Below are positions 19,811 to 28,980 of a stretch of DNA of 64,000 bases, piece by piece. The notes beneath the pieces were generated by a model, which was not told the DNA's origin, searched no databases, and saw only the letters and a list, made by a program, of their open reading frames with translations. The position numbers and the translations under genes were made by a program. The stretch is from Planctomycetota bacterium (GTDB lineage: Bacteria; Planctomycetota; UBA8108; UBA1146): NCBI GenBank assembly GCA_036338595.1, contig JAYZBV010000113.1, forward strand, positions 32,001 through 96,000, written 5' to 3'. Within the stretch, counting starts at the first letter, position 1. Each line of letters begins with the position of its first letter.

Positions 19811-20449
19811 ATGAGACGGACTGGACCAGATCGGTCGCAACCCCTTGCCGTCATCGGCCTTGGCAATCCTGGTGATGAGTACATCGGAAGCCGTCACAAT
19901 GTCGGTTTTGCGGTTGCTGATCTGGTCGCGGATCACCTCAGAAAACCGGAAGCAGGTCGCGCCACCGGAGCCCAATTGTGGTCCGGGTCGTGGAAGTGGC
20001 GCAAGGCTCATGTCCTCAAGCCGATGCGGTTCATGAATCTCAGTGGCGAACCGGTGCGTCTGTTTCTCGAGTCGATGTCGATGAGTCCGGAACAGTGCCT
20101 GGTCGTCATCGACGATCTGGATCTGGACAGCGGTTCGATCAGAATCCGTGCGGGAGGCTCTTCGGGCGGGCACAAGGGGCTAGAAGATATCATCTCGGCC
20201 CTGGGAACCACGAAGATACCCCGATGCCGCATCGGAATCGGCCATCCCGGCACCTCGAGGGAGGTCGTGGACCACGTGCTGGATCGCCCGGTAGGAGCGG
20301 AGGGGGCGCTATTTGAACGGTCCCTGAAAAGAGCGTCCGAATCTGCACTTTGCTGGCTGGTTGAGGGTGTCACGAATGCGGCTCGTCGCTACAATGGGCC
20401 GCTTCCTGAACAGGCAGGCGAGATCCCTGATGGGGTCGAGGACAGTTGA
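19811..20449 (+). CDS. pth: peptidyl-tRNA hydrolase
   Basis: GLGNPG..Y..SRHNVGF, FMNLSG, DDLDL, GGHKG, RCRIGIG. Confidence 0.95.
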   Translation: MRRTGPDRSQPLAVIGLGNPGDEYIGSRHNVGFAVADLVADHLRKPEAGRATGAQLWSGSWKWRKAHVLKPMRFMNLSGEPVRLFLESMSMSPEQCLVVIDDLDLDSGSIRIRAGGSSGGHKGLEDIISALGTTKIPRCRIGIGHPGTSREVVDHVLDRPVGAEGALFERSLKRASESALCWLVEGVTNAARRYNGPLPEQAGEIPDGVEDS

Positions 20450-20539
20450 ACGAGTAATCATAGGGTGCGGCACTCGCAGAGATTCCCTGGCGGTCACCGG
20501 GGGAGCGGGGCTGCGGATCCAGATCTTAAGGAGATCATC

Positions 20540-21304
20540 TTGACCGAACGACTTTACGAGGGACTCTTCCTCGTCGATGCAGCAGTTGCTGCGACAGATT
20601 GGGCCGACATCGAAAAGCAGATTTCTGGCTTGATTGAACAGCAGGGCGCAACCATCGAATATTCAGAAAGGTGGCCGGAGCAACGGCTTGCCTATCCGGT
20701 AAAGGGTATCAAGCGAGGTGTTTACTTCCTCGCCTACTTTACCTCCAACACCGACGCTATCGCTGCGATTCGCAGTGATGGCCAGCTCAACGAGAATGTC
20801 CTGAGGATGTTGATCGTCCAGGAGGAATTTCTCGGTGTGGAGATGGCCAAGCGCAAGGAAGCCGCTGCACGCGCAGCCGCCGTGCCAGTTGCTGAGCCGG
20901 AAACGCAACCTGAATCGAAACCTGAATCGAAATCTGAATCGGACTCTGAATCGAAATCTGAATCCGATTCTGAATCGGATTCTGGTTCCGAAGGAGAGGG
21001 TGTTGTCGAGGATGCGATGGCTGCCAGTGAAGGTGACTCGCTCGATGCATCCCCCCCGGAAGCAGATGCGGACAGCGACGGCGAGGTCGCAGTCGAAACA
21101 GAGGCAGTCGAAACAGAGGCAGTCGAAACCGAGGCAGTCGAAACCGAGGCCGTTGACGCTGCGGCAGTTGACGCTGCGGAGTCCGAGCCCGAGGTTTCCG
21201 AATCAGAGGTTCCGGAGGAGGTCGCGACAGCAGAAGGCGACGAGGAGACACCGGTTGGTGATTCCGTTGAAGAAGTCGCCAACACCGAGGAAGAAATCAA
21301 CTGA
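20540..21304 (+). CDS. rpsF: 30S ribosomal protein S6 with long acidic low-complexity C-terminal tail
   Basis: LYEGLFLVD, W...RLAYPV, G.YFL, VLRMLI; AAGGAG RBS before TTG; rpsF-ssb-rpsR-rplI synteny. Confidence 0.92.
   Translation: MTERLYEGLFLVDAAVAATDWADIEKQISGLIEQQGATIEYSERWPEQRLAYPVKGIKRGVYFLAYFTSNTDAIAAIRSDGQLNENVLRMLIVQEEFLGVEMAKRKEAAARAAAVPVAEPETQPESKPESKSESDSESKSESDSESDSGSEGEGVVEDAMAASEGDSLDASPPEADADSDGEVAVETEAVETEAVETEAVETEAVDAAAVDAAESEPEVSESEVPEEVATAEGDEETPVGDSVEEVANTEEEIN
20912..20983 (+). repeat. 6 x 12-bp degenerate coding tandem repeat (GAATC.GA/AA..CT; ESKP/ESKS/ESDS) within rpsF
   Basis: Read directly from the sequence. Confidence 0.9.
21089..21178 (+). repeat. 6 x 15-bp coding tandem repeat (4 x AVETE + 2 x AVDAA) within rpsF
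   Basis: GCAGTCGAAAC(A/C)GAG x4, then GC(C/A)GTTGACGCTGCG x2. Confidence 0.9.
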
Positions 21305-21320
21305 ACGAGAAGAGGTCGTC

Positions 21321-21782
21321 ATGGAGATCAACAGGGTATTTATCGCTGGCAATCTGACCCGGGATCCAGAGTTGAGAATGACTCCGGGTGGCACGGCGGT
21401 CTGTGACCTCGGACTCGCATCCAATCGACGGTACCGCAAACAAGGCGATGAACAGCTTCAGGAAGAGACCTGCTTCGTGACCGTCACCGTATGGGGTCGG
21501 CAGGCAGAAAATTGCAATCAATATCTATCCAAGGGGAAGCAGGTCGTGGTCGAAGGGCGACTCAAGTACGACCAGTGGACCGACAAGGATAGTGGCAAGA
21601 ATCGAAACAAGCTGACAGTGGTCGCGGATCGTGTCCACTTCATGCCACGCTCCAGCGAGGGTGGATCGCCACAGGGTGGATCCACGCAGGGCGGCTACTC
21701 CGCAACGGGCGAGCAAAGTTCTGGAGGACAAACCGAAGGTTTTCCACAGGGCCAACCTTTCAATGATGAGGTGCCCTTCTAG
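21321..21782 (+). CDS. ssb: single-stranded DNA-binding protein
   Basis: NRVFIAGNLTRDPELR, WGRQAE, VEGRL, C-terminal DEVPF. Confidence 0.97.
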   Translation: MEINRVFIAGNLTRDPELRMTPGGTAVCDLGLASNRRYRKQGDEQLQEETCFVTVTVWGRQAENCNQYLSKGKQVVVEGRLKYDQWTDKDSGKNRNKLTVVADRVHFMPRSSEGGSPQGGSTQGGYSATGEQSSGGQTEGFPQGQPFNDEVPF

Positions 21783-21799
21783 GGCTGAAAGAGATAGCA

Positions 21800-22006
21800 A
21801 TGTTTGGACGCAGAGATAAGAAGTCCGTGGTCGCTGATATGGAATACATCGACTACAAGAATGTTGATTTACTTCACAAGGTCTTGACCGGCGGAGGGAA
21901 ACTGACCTCCCGGCGCCAGATCGGTTGTGATTCCCGGATGCAGCACCGCATCAAGCGTGCGGTGCACCAGGCCAGGTTCATGGCACTGCTACCCTACGGT
22001 CAGTGA
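21800..22006 (+). CDS. rpsR: 30S ribosomal protein S18
   Basis: IDYKNVDLL, GK...RR..G, AVHQARFMALLPY. Confidence 0.95.
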   Translation: MFGRRDKKSVVADMEYIDYKNVDLLHKVLTGGGKLTSRRQIGCDSRMQHRIKRAVHQARFMALLPYGQ

Positions 22007-22073
22007 ACACGTAATCAGTCGAAAATGAAGGAGTCGTCCAGTCGACAGACGGACGGCAAATGGAGACAAATCG

Positions 22074-22607
22074 ATGAAATTGTTTCTCAAGAAGACCGTC
22101 AGCGAGCTTGGCGAGATCGGTGACGTGATCGACGTCAAACCGGGATACGCTCGTAATTACCTGATACCCCAGGGCATCGGTGTCGAAGTGGGGCAGGCTA
22201 ACCTGCAATGGATTGATGCTCAAAAGCGTCGTCTTGAGCAGGAAGAGACGGAACGCAACATGGAGATGCGCTCACTCGCAGAGAAGATCGATGGAGCATC
22301 CTGCACGGTCATCGCCCGGGCCACCGAAGAGGGACATCTGTTCGGGTCAGTTACGGTGCAGACCATCTCCGATCAACTCGCTGCCGATGGTGTCGAGTTC
22401 GACCCGGACCTGATCGACCTCGAAAAGCCGATCAAGGAACTTGGTATTTATAACCTGACAGTACGAGTGCATCCGGAATTCGAAACTTCGATCAAGGTGT
22501 GGGTCGTCAAGGCAGATGAAGACGATATCGAAGATGATGCCCCAGCAGATGAGCAGGGGGAGGACGAAGATGATGGCGGTGGGTCCATTTCGTCCGATTC
22601 TGACTGA
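22074..22607 (+). CDS. rplI: 50S ribosomal protein L9 with acidic tail
   Basis: LG..GDVIDVKPGYARNYLIP, GHLFGSVT, PIKELG. Confidence 0.97.
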   Translation: MKLFLKKTVSELGEIGDVIDVKPGYARNYLIPQGIGVEVGQANLQWIDAQKRRLEQEETERNMEMRSLAEKIDGASCTVIARATEEGHLFGSVTVQTISDQLAADGVEFDPDLIDLEKPIKELGIYNLTVRVHPEFETSIKVWVVKADEDDIEDDAPADEQGEDEDDGGGSISSDSD

Positions 22608-22805
22608 GACGGCATCGAGTACGACCATGTCACTGAATTATCCCCAAGCCTTGCTCACAACGCGAGTTTGGTCCTCCTCTTTCGCGCTGGGCTCGGCTCC
22701 GGTAGGGTCAAGCGCTCGGCCCTTCGAGGGCCAGCGCACTGCTTCTGACAACAGAGCATGTCGTCTTCGTCGCCGATCAATCAGCGGGATGAAATCGAGT
22801 ATCAG

Positions 22806-24149
22806 ATGAACAAAGAGACGCCTGCGCAGCCCAGTTTACCTCACAATGTGGAAGCCGAAGTCAGTCTTCTCGGTTCCCTGTTACTCGGAGGAGCGAAGAG
22901 CCACTCGGTACTGGAGATGGTCAAGGCCCAGGACTTCTACCTGTCCAGGCACAGGGTGATCTTTGATGAGTTGCTCTTGCTGTGGGCAGACGACGGTGTC
23001 ACTGACGCGCTGATCCTGATCGATCGCCTGCGCGCTTCCGGGAAGTTGGCAGCAGCGGGTGGCGAAGAATATCTGGTAGATCTCACGAGCCAGATCCGGA
23101 CCAGTTCCAATGCCATCGAGTATGCAAAGATCATTCGCCAGGAAGCACAGAGGCGTCGACTGATAGAAACCTGCCAGGATCTCGAATCGAGAGCTCGATC
23201 AGGAACAGGGCGAGTGCGTGACCTGATTGATGATGCGGGTGCTCAGATACTCACTCTTGCAGAGGATGATGCCAGCCAGGGAGTTCATGGAATCAAGGAA
23301 AGTATCGATCAGGCGATCACAAACATCGAGGAGTGGGAAAAGGGCGTTGTTGGCGTCATGACCGGATTCAGGGAACTCGATGAGATGACCAATGGCCTTC
23401 AACCAGCCGACCTCATCGTGGCGGCGGGTCGTCCCTCGATGGGGAAGACCACATTTGCCCTGAATATTGCGCTTCATGCTGCGCTTACCAACAATACTCC
23501 AGTGGCCATATTCAGCCTCGAGATGGCCTATGATCAACTGGCGCTGAACCTCTTGAGCATGTCCTCGGGGGTCAGTGCCACGAAACTCAGAAAAGCTTCT
23601 CTCGATGATGCGGACTGGAAGAAGATCATCGCCCGCTGCGAGACGCTCAGGGACGCCCCGATTTACATCGACGATGCCCCCGGCTTGAACGCGATGTCGA
23701 TCCGGGCTCGCGCCAGGCGACTGCACCACCAGAAAAAGCTGGGTTTGATCGTCGTCGATTATCTTCAGCTGCTGGATATGGGGGGCCGTTCGGAAAATCG
23801 CCAGCAGGAGATCTCTCAGATCTCCCGATCGCTCAAACAACTGGCAAGAGAACTCCAGGTCCCGATCTTGACCATCTCCCAGCTGTCCCGGGCAGTCGAA
23901 TCTCGTGAAGGAAACAGGCCCAGGATGTCTGACCTCCGAGAATCGGGAGCCATCGAGCAGGATGCTGATGTGGTGCTGTTGCTGTATCGTGAGGAGTACT
24001 ACAAACCAGATGACGAGGACGCCAAGGGCAAGGCCGAAATTATCGTTGCGAAACAGAGAAAAGGACGGACAGGTTCAGTGAAGCTTGCATTCATTGCCGA
24101 CCAGTTGAAGTTTGGTGATCTGGCCTACGACCCGTTCTCCATCACTTGA
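22806..24149 (+). CDS. dnaB: replicative DNA helicase
   Basis: PHNVEAE, GRPSMGKTT, FSLEM, VDYLQL, SQLSR, SDLRESGAIEQDAD, AKQR; no intein. Confidence 0.97.
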   Translation: MNKETPAQPSLPHNVEAEVSLLGSLLLGGAKSHSVLEMVKAQDFYLSRHRVIFDELLLLWADDGVTDALILIDRLRASGKLAAAGGEEYLVDLTSQIRTSSNAIEYAKIIRQEAQRRRLIETCQDLESRARSGTGRVRDLIDDAGAQILTLAEDDASQGVHGIKESIDQAITNIEEWEKGVVGVMTGFRELDEMTNGLQPADLIVAAGRPSMGKTTFALNIALHAALTNNTPVAIFSLEMAYDQLALNLLSMSSGVSATKLRKASLDDADWKKIIARCETLRDAPIYIDDAPGLNAMSIRARARRLHHQKKLGLIVVDYLQLLDMGGRSENRQQEISQISRSLKQLARELQVPILTISQLSRAVESREGNRPRMSDLRESGAIEQDADVVLLLYREEYYKPDDEDAKGKAEIIVAKQRKGRTGSVKLAFIADQLKFGDLAYDPFSIT

Positions 24150-24159
24150 AAGAAGCGAA

Positions 24160-24750
24160 ATGACAGATCATCAGCATCGATACCACATCGTTCCAAAGTT
24201 GTTCGGACTGGCTCTGTGCGGAGCAGTCCTGACTCTGGTGCTGCAGGCTTCTCTGTCGGCAGTCGGAGTTCAGCTGGAATCACACCGTGTTGGCGTTTGC
24301 GATGTCCAGGTAGTTCTCGATCAAATACCGCAGGGCAAGCAGATCACCGTCGAATTCAATCAACTGAAGGTGTCGATGGAGCAGGAGATTCGAGACCGCG
24401 AAACTACATTGAGGCAGATTCAGCAGGAGGCGGAGCAGTTGCTCCCGGGTACCGATGGTCGCCGAGAAGTGGAAAAGCGCTTTACCCTCGCCAAGGCTGA
24501 ACTGGCCTGGATGCAGGAGGATCTCGAGCGAGAGTTCACCACACGCTTCAAGGAACGGCGTGATGGCCTGATCAAACTGGTCAGAGCTGCCATCGAGGAA
24601 GTTGCCGGAGAAAGAGAACTGGACCTGGTCCTCAACAATGTCGCCAGGGCCAGTGATTTCAAGGTCTACGTGAGTGTCTGGGCAAAGCCAGAACTCGACA
24701 TCACGGTAGATGTCATCTCGAGGGTTTCTGCCAAGGATGGTGATAATTGA
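24160..24750 (+). CDS. skp: OmpH/Skp periplasmic chaperone
   Basis: Signal peptide, VGVCDV, long coiled coil, LDLVL...DITVDVI; directly before lpxC. Confidence 0.82.
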   Translation: MTDHQHRYHIVPKLFGLALCGAVLTLVLQASLSAVGVQLESHRVGVCDVQVVLDQIPQGKQITVEFNQLKVSMEQEIRDRETTLRQIQQEAEQLLPGTDGRREVEKRFTLAKAELAWMQEDLEREFTTRFKERRDGLIKLVRAAIEEVAGERELDLVLNNVARASDFKVYVSVWAKPELDITVDVISRVSAKDGDN

Positions 24751-26051
24751 CTTCGGTGACCCAGCAAACTATCAGCGGGGAGACTGTGCTCAGCGGGTGT
24801 GGACTCCATCTCGGAGAGGAAGCGACGCTTCGGTTGCTTCCAGCCGACACCGATTCTGGAATCATCTTCATCCGGACCGATATCGATCCTGAACTGCAAA
24901 TTCCGGTAGGTCTCGACACGCTGAGAAAGCAGCCCCGACGCACCAGTTTTGGAGTAGGCAATGTCGAGGTTCATACCTGCGAGCATCTGCTTTCAGTGCT
25001 GCATGTGCTTGGAATAGAGAACTTGATCTGCGAGATCGATGGCCCCGAGATTCCAGGGATGGATGGCTCTGCCCTTCCCTTTCTCGAGGCGATCGGCGAG
25101 ACAGGCCTCGCCGATCAAGGAGCTCGCGGACGCACACTGGCTGTCACCAAACCGGTTGCAGCAGAGGAAGGGGATGCCAGTGTCGTGGCCTTGCCTTCCG
25201 AAAAACTACGAATCACCTACACACTTCAGTACAACGGAGATCCAGGATTCAGCCAGACGGTCGACCTGGAAATCGATGAGGATAGTTTTCGGGAACAGAT
25301 TGCGCCCGCCCGTACCTTTGTGCTCGAGAGTGAGGTCAAGGACCTTCAGGCAAGAGGACTCGGGAAGGGAGCCAATGAGAGCAATACACTTCTGATCGAT
25401 GAACGCGGGCTGGCCGCCAAATTCAGACTTCCCGACGAACCCGCCAGGCACAAGATCCTGGACCTGATCGGCGATGTCTATCTGTTACGGTGTGCTATCT
25501 CCGGACATATCATCGCTCACCGCAGTGGTCATGGCCTCAATGCAGATCTTGCATCGCGGATCGCCGAGGCTCATGTGAGGGAGAGAGAACTGGAAGATGT
25601 TCTGATCAAGGCGCCGCATGGCCTGGAGATCCGTGACATCCAGAAGTTGCTACCTCACCGCTATCCCTTCCTGCTCGTGGACAGGGTTCTCGAGGTGGAG
25701 CAGGGAGTCCGGGCCGTTGGTCTAAAAAATGTTTCCTTCAACGAGGAGTACTTCCAGGGCCATTTCCCGGGGCAGCCTGTGATGCCTGGAGTGCTTCAAC
25801 TGGAAGCTCTGGCGCAACTTTCCGGGGTTCTATTACTCAGGAGTAGTGCCGATTCCAATCGCATCGCCTATATTCTCGGGATCGACGATGTCAAATTTCG
25901 AAAGACGGTGGTTCCTGGCGACCAGTTGATCCTGGAGGCCGAACTGAAACGGTTTCGTGAGCGTACTGCTCAGGTCCAGGTCAAGGCGACCGTGGATGGA
26001 AAACCCGTTACTGAAGCGACCATCAGATTCATGATAGTGGATGCAGGCTGA
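24747..26051 (+). CDS. lpxC-fabZ: fused LpxC deacetylase / FabZ 3-hydroxyacyl-ACP dehydratase
   Basis: QQTI...GCGLHLG, TCEHLLS, DGSA, IAPARTF, HKILDLIGD; then LPHRYPFLLVDR, FQGHFP..PVMPGVL.LEALAQ. Confidence 0.95.
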   Translation: MTSVTQQTISGETVLSGCGLHLGEEATLRLLPADTDSGIIFIRTDIDPELQIPVGLDTLRKQPRRTSFGVGNVEVHTCEHLLSVLHVLGIENLICEIDGPEIPGMDGSALPFLEAIGETGLADQGARGRTLAVTKPVAAEEGDASVVALPSEKLRITYTLQYNGDPGFSQTVDLEIDEDSFREQIAPARTFVLESEVKDLQARGLGKGANESNTLLIDERGLAAKFRLPDEPARHKILDLIGDVYLLRCAISGHIIAHRSGHGLNADLASRIAEAHVRERELEDVLIKAPHGLEIRDIQKLLPHRYPFLLVDRVLEVEQGVRAVGLKNVSFNEEYFQGHFPGQPVMPGVLQLEALAQLSGVLLLRSSADSNRIAYILGIDDVKFRKTVVPGDQLILEAELKRFRERTAQVQVKATVDGKPVTEATIRFMIVDAG

Positions 26052-26063
26052 GGAGATGAACCG

Positions 26064-26849
26064 TTGATCCATCCAACCGCCCATATTGATCCAACTGCCG
26101 AGATCGGACCCGATGTGACCATCGGCCCTGGAGTTTTCATCGGGCCTCAGGTGACGATTGGAACTGGCTGCGTATTCCATCACCATTCTTCCGTGGTCTG
26201 CAACACACGGATCGGTGATCGTTGCGTGGTCCATCCTGGAGCAGTACTTGGCGGCGATCCACAGGACAAGAAGTGGAAGGGTGAGGAAACCTGGGCCGAG
26301 ATCGGATCTGACAACCTGTTCCGTGAGCACTGCACGATCAACAGGGGTACCGCCCAGGGTGGAGGAGTCACCAGACTGGGAAACGGCTGCTTGATTCTGG
26401 CCAGTTCACACGTCGCTCACGATTGCATCGTTGGCAATGAAATCATCATGGCGAATGGAGTGCTGCTCGGGGGGCATGTGGTTGTCGAGGATCAGGCTGG
26501 CTTCGGCGGATTGGCTGCTGTTCATCACTACGCCACCGTTGGCAGGTTGGCGTTCATCGGCGGCATGACCAGAGTCACAACCGATGCACCTCCCTATCTG
26601 ATCACGGAGGGCAACCCTTCCAGGGTCCGGGCCATCAACTCGGTGGGCATGAAAAGAGCCGGGATCAGCGAGGAAGTGTGTGCCTGGCTCAAGGAAGCTC
26701 AGCGGCTCCTGTACAACAACAACATGATTCGGAGAGAGGCGTTCGAATTGCTCGAACGTCGTGGGCACGTCCCCGAGGAGGGAATCCACCTCAGGTCGTT
26801 CCTGCGGTCCACAGAAGGTGGTCGCCAGGGCCGTGCTCGTCAACCGTAG
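26064..26849 (+). CDS. lpxA: acyl-ACP--UDP-N-acetylglucosamine O-acyltransferase
   Basis: IHPTA, GGDPQDKKW, RE..TINRGT, HVAHDC, LGGHV, N.VGMKR. Confidence 0.95.
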   Translation: MIHPTAHIDPTAEIGPDVTIGPGVFIGPQVTIGTGCVFHHHSSVVCNTRIGDRCVVHPGAVLGGDPQDKKWKGEETWAEIGSDNLFREHCTINRGTAQGGGVTRLGNGCLILASSHVAHDCIVGNEIIMANGVLLGGHVVVEDQAGFGGLAAVHHYATVGRLAFIGGMTRVTTDAPPYLITEGNPSRVRAINSVGMKRAGISEEVCAWLKEAQRLLYNNNMIRREAFELLERRGHVPEEGIHLRSFLRSTEGGRQGRARQP

Positions 26850-26862
26850 GAGGATGGGCCGT

Positions 26863-27867
26863 ATGCGTGTTGCAGTTGTTGGAGTCGGGCATCTCGGCAG
26901 TGCTCATGCAAGGATCTGGAACGAAATTCCGGATGCTGACCTTGTCGGAGTCGTTGATATCGATGGCGAAAGGGCGAATGAAATCGCCCAACTTCACGGG
27001 TGCGGATCTTTTTCGGACATCTCGCAAATCATCGACCAGGTCGATGCAGTCAGCATTGTTACACCAACGCCATTCCATCTCGAAACAGCCAGGCCATTTC
27101 TCGAGGCAGGGATTGCTGTTCTCGTCGAAAAGCCGCTCGCAGCAACCCTCGAAGAGGCAGATCAGATCTGTGATCTTGCCTCGACTTCTGGATCCGTACT
27201 CCAGGTGGGCCACATCGAGCGATTCAATCCTCTGATCAGATCTGCCATCGGCGTGATCGACCAACCACTATTCATCGAATGCGATAGAATCCATCCATTT
27301 ACGCTTCGGTCCACCGAGATCAGCGTCGTTCACGATCTGATGATTCATGACATCGATATCGCCCTTCATCTGATCGATGACGACCTCTCATCCGTGGATG
27401 CACATGGCTGCGCAGTGCTATCGCCGACCGAGGATCTTGCCCACGCCAGACTCAGTTTTTGCAAGGGTGCTACCGCTTTCGTCAAGACCAGCAGGGTCGC
27501 ATTGAATCGATCCAGAAAGATTCGAATCTTTGGCCACAGGCAGTACGTCAGCCTCGATCTGGTTCATCGGGAGGGATTTCGCGTGTCACTGGATGATTCC
27601 TACGATCCGGCCAAATTTCTCGATTCGCTGGGCCGCGTCGAGGCACCCGCAGGTGTGGAAGACTTTCTGTCCCGGCACCTGGATCAGGAACCGTTGACTT
27701 TTGCCGAGGAGGAGCCCCTCCGGGCAGAACTCGATTCCTTCCTCGAGGCCGCCAGAGGGAACTGCGATCCGGCCGTTACCGGTTCTCAGGGGCGCAGGGC
27801 AATGGAGGCGGCCTCCCAGGTCATCGAGAGCCTTCGAGGCCGCGGGCAGGCCCTGGAGAACGCCTGA
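26863..27867 (+). CDS. Gfo/Idh/MocA NAD-dependent oxidoreductase (GnnA-like)
   Basis: VAVVGVGHLG..HAR, VLVEKP, QVGHIERFNP, DLMIHDID; immediately after lpxA. Confidence 0.85.
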   Translation: MRVAVVGVGHLGSAHARIWNEIPDADLVGVVDIDGERANEIAQLHGCGSFSDISQIIDQVDAVSIVTPTPFHLETARPFLEAGIAVLVEKPLAATLEEADQICDLASTSGSVLQVGHIERFNPLIRSAIGVIDQPLFIECDRIHPFTLRSTEISVVHDLMIHDIDIALHLIDDDLSSVDAHGCAVLSPTEDLAHARLSFCKGATAFVKTSRVALNRSRKIRIFGHRQYVSLDLVHREGFRVSLDDSYDPAKFLDSLGRVEAPAGVEDFLSRHLDQEPLTFAEEEPLRAELDSFLEAARGNCDPAVTGSQGRRAMEAASQVIESLRGRGQALENA

Positions 27868-28026
27868 GACGAGAGCCTGGGGCTTCTCGAATCGATTGAT
27901 GGTCCCGTGCTGAAACGATACCTTGAGCGACTGTCGAGGTTCTCCCGGTGGGGAGCCGATACTTCTCCATCCGAGTCTCTGATTTCTACCGGACCTGCGC
28001 TGCGGGTCCTCGAATCAGCGGAGTGA

Positions 28027-28085
28027 AACACGTTTTCCGCGGGATACCTGTCGAGAGGCCCCCTGTGCGGAACAACGAAAGGAAG
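28027..28085 (+). promoter_or_regulatory. candidate rpsB leader hairpin (S2 autoregulatory element)
   Basis: CGTT-TTCCGC...GCGGAA-C-AACG stem just upstream of the rpsB RBS. Confidence 0.4.
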
Positions 28086-28091
28086 CCGGAT

Positions 28092-28979
28092 ATGTCCGGA
28101 ATGCAGATCAAGGAACTGATCGAGGCTGGAGTCCATTTCGGCCATCGCTCTAGCCGTTGGCACCCCGCCATGGCTCCATACATTCACCAGAAGCATAACA
28201 AGAACCATGTCATCGACCTGCGTCAAACGGTTCGTGGAATCGTTCGCGCAAAGCACTTCCTCGAGCACATCGTGGAGGCGGGACATGACGTTGTTTTCGT
28301 CGGAACCAAATCCCAGGCTCGGGAGGTGGTCCGGGAACAATCGGGTCGCTGCGGAATGCACTTCTGCGTCCACAGATGGCTGGGCGGAACGCTGACCAAC
28401 TACCAGACGATTCGAAGCCGACTGCGTCGTCTCGAAGAACTCGAGAAGGATCTTGCCGACGAATCGGCCGTACGAACCAAGAAAGAGCTTTCCAGGATGG
28501 AGAGGGAGCGCAGAAAGATATTCCGCAACCTCGAAGGTGTTCGAAACATGACTCGTCTGCCTGGGGCGCTGATTGCTGTGGATATTCGACGCGACGAGAT
28601 CGCCGTCAAGGAAGCTCGGGGATTGAACATTCCCATCATCTCGATAGTGGATACCGATTGTGATCCCAATCTTGTGGATCTCCCGATACCCGGAAATGAC
28701 GATGCATATCGCAGTATCGAGGTGATACTCAGCCAGCTCGCAGATTCGATCATCGCTGGTAAGGATAAGTTGCAAGCACGCCAGCAGGAGGAGGCCGCCA
28801 AGAAGGCCGCCGATGAGGATAGGGTGAAAAAGAAGGAGAAGGAGCGGACGGTGAGCCCGGAGGAGGCTCGGTCCAAACCCTACACACCTCCACAGCCCGC
28901 CCCTGGTGTAGACCAGGCTGAGGAAGCCAAATCCAAACCGAAGATCGTCGTCACTCCCGACAAGAAGAAAGATAGTTAG
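28092..28979 (+). CDS. rpsB: 30S ribosomal protein S2 with charged C-terminal extension
   Basis: LIEAGVHFGH, FVGTK, RWLGGTLTN, VDTDCDP, IPGNDDA. Confidence 0.97.
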   Translation: MSGMQIKELIEAGVHFGHRSSRWHPAMAPYIHQKHNKNHVIDLRQTVRGIVRAKHFLEHIVEAGHDVVFVGTKSQAREVVREQSGRCGMHFCVHRWLGGTLTNYQTIRSRLRRLEELEKDLADESAVRTKKELSRMERERRKIFRNLEGVRNMTRLPGALIAVDIRRDEIAVKEARGLNIPIISIVDTDCDPNLVDLPIPGNDDAYRSIEVILSQLADSIIAGKDKLQARQQEEAAKKAADEDRVKKKEKERTVSPEEARSKPYTPPQPAPGVDQAEEAKSKPKIVVTPDKKKDS

Positions 28980-28980
28980 T

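Noticed and set aside
20835..21320. long N-terminal extension of SSB (315-aa ORF)
   Set aside because: Alternative frame of the rpsF repeat tail; SSB homology starts at ATG 21321 after an RBS
22712..22737. terminator between rplI and dnaB
   Set aside because: A GC hairpin is present but has no U-tract; it may be only a stabilising structure
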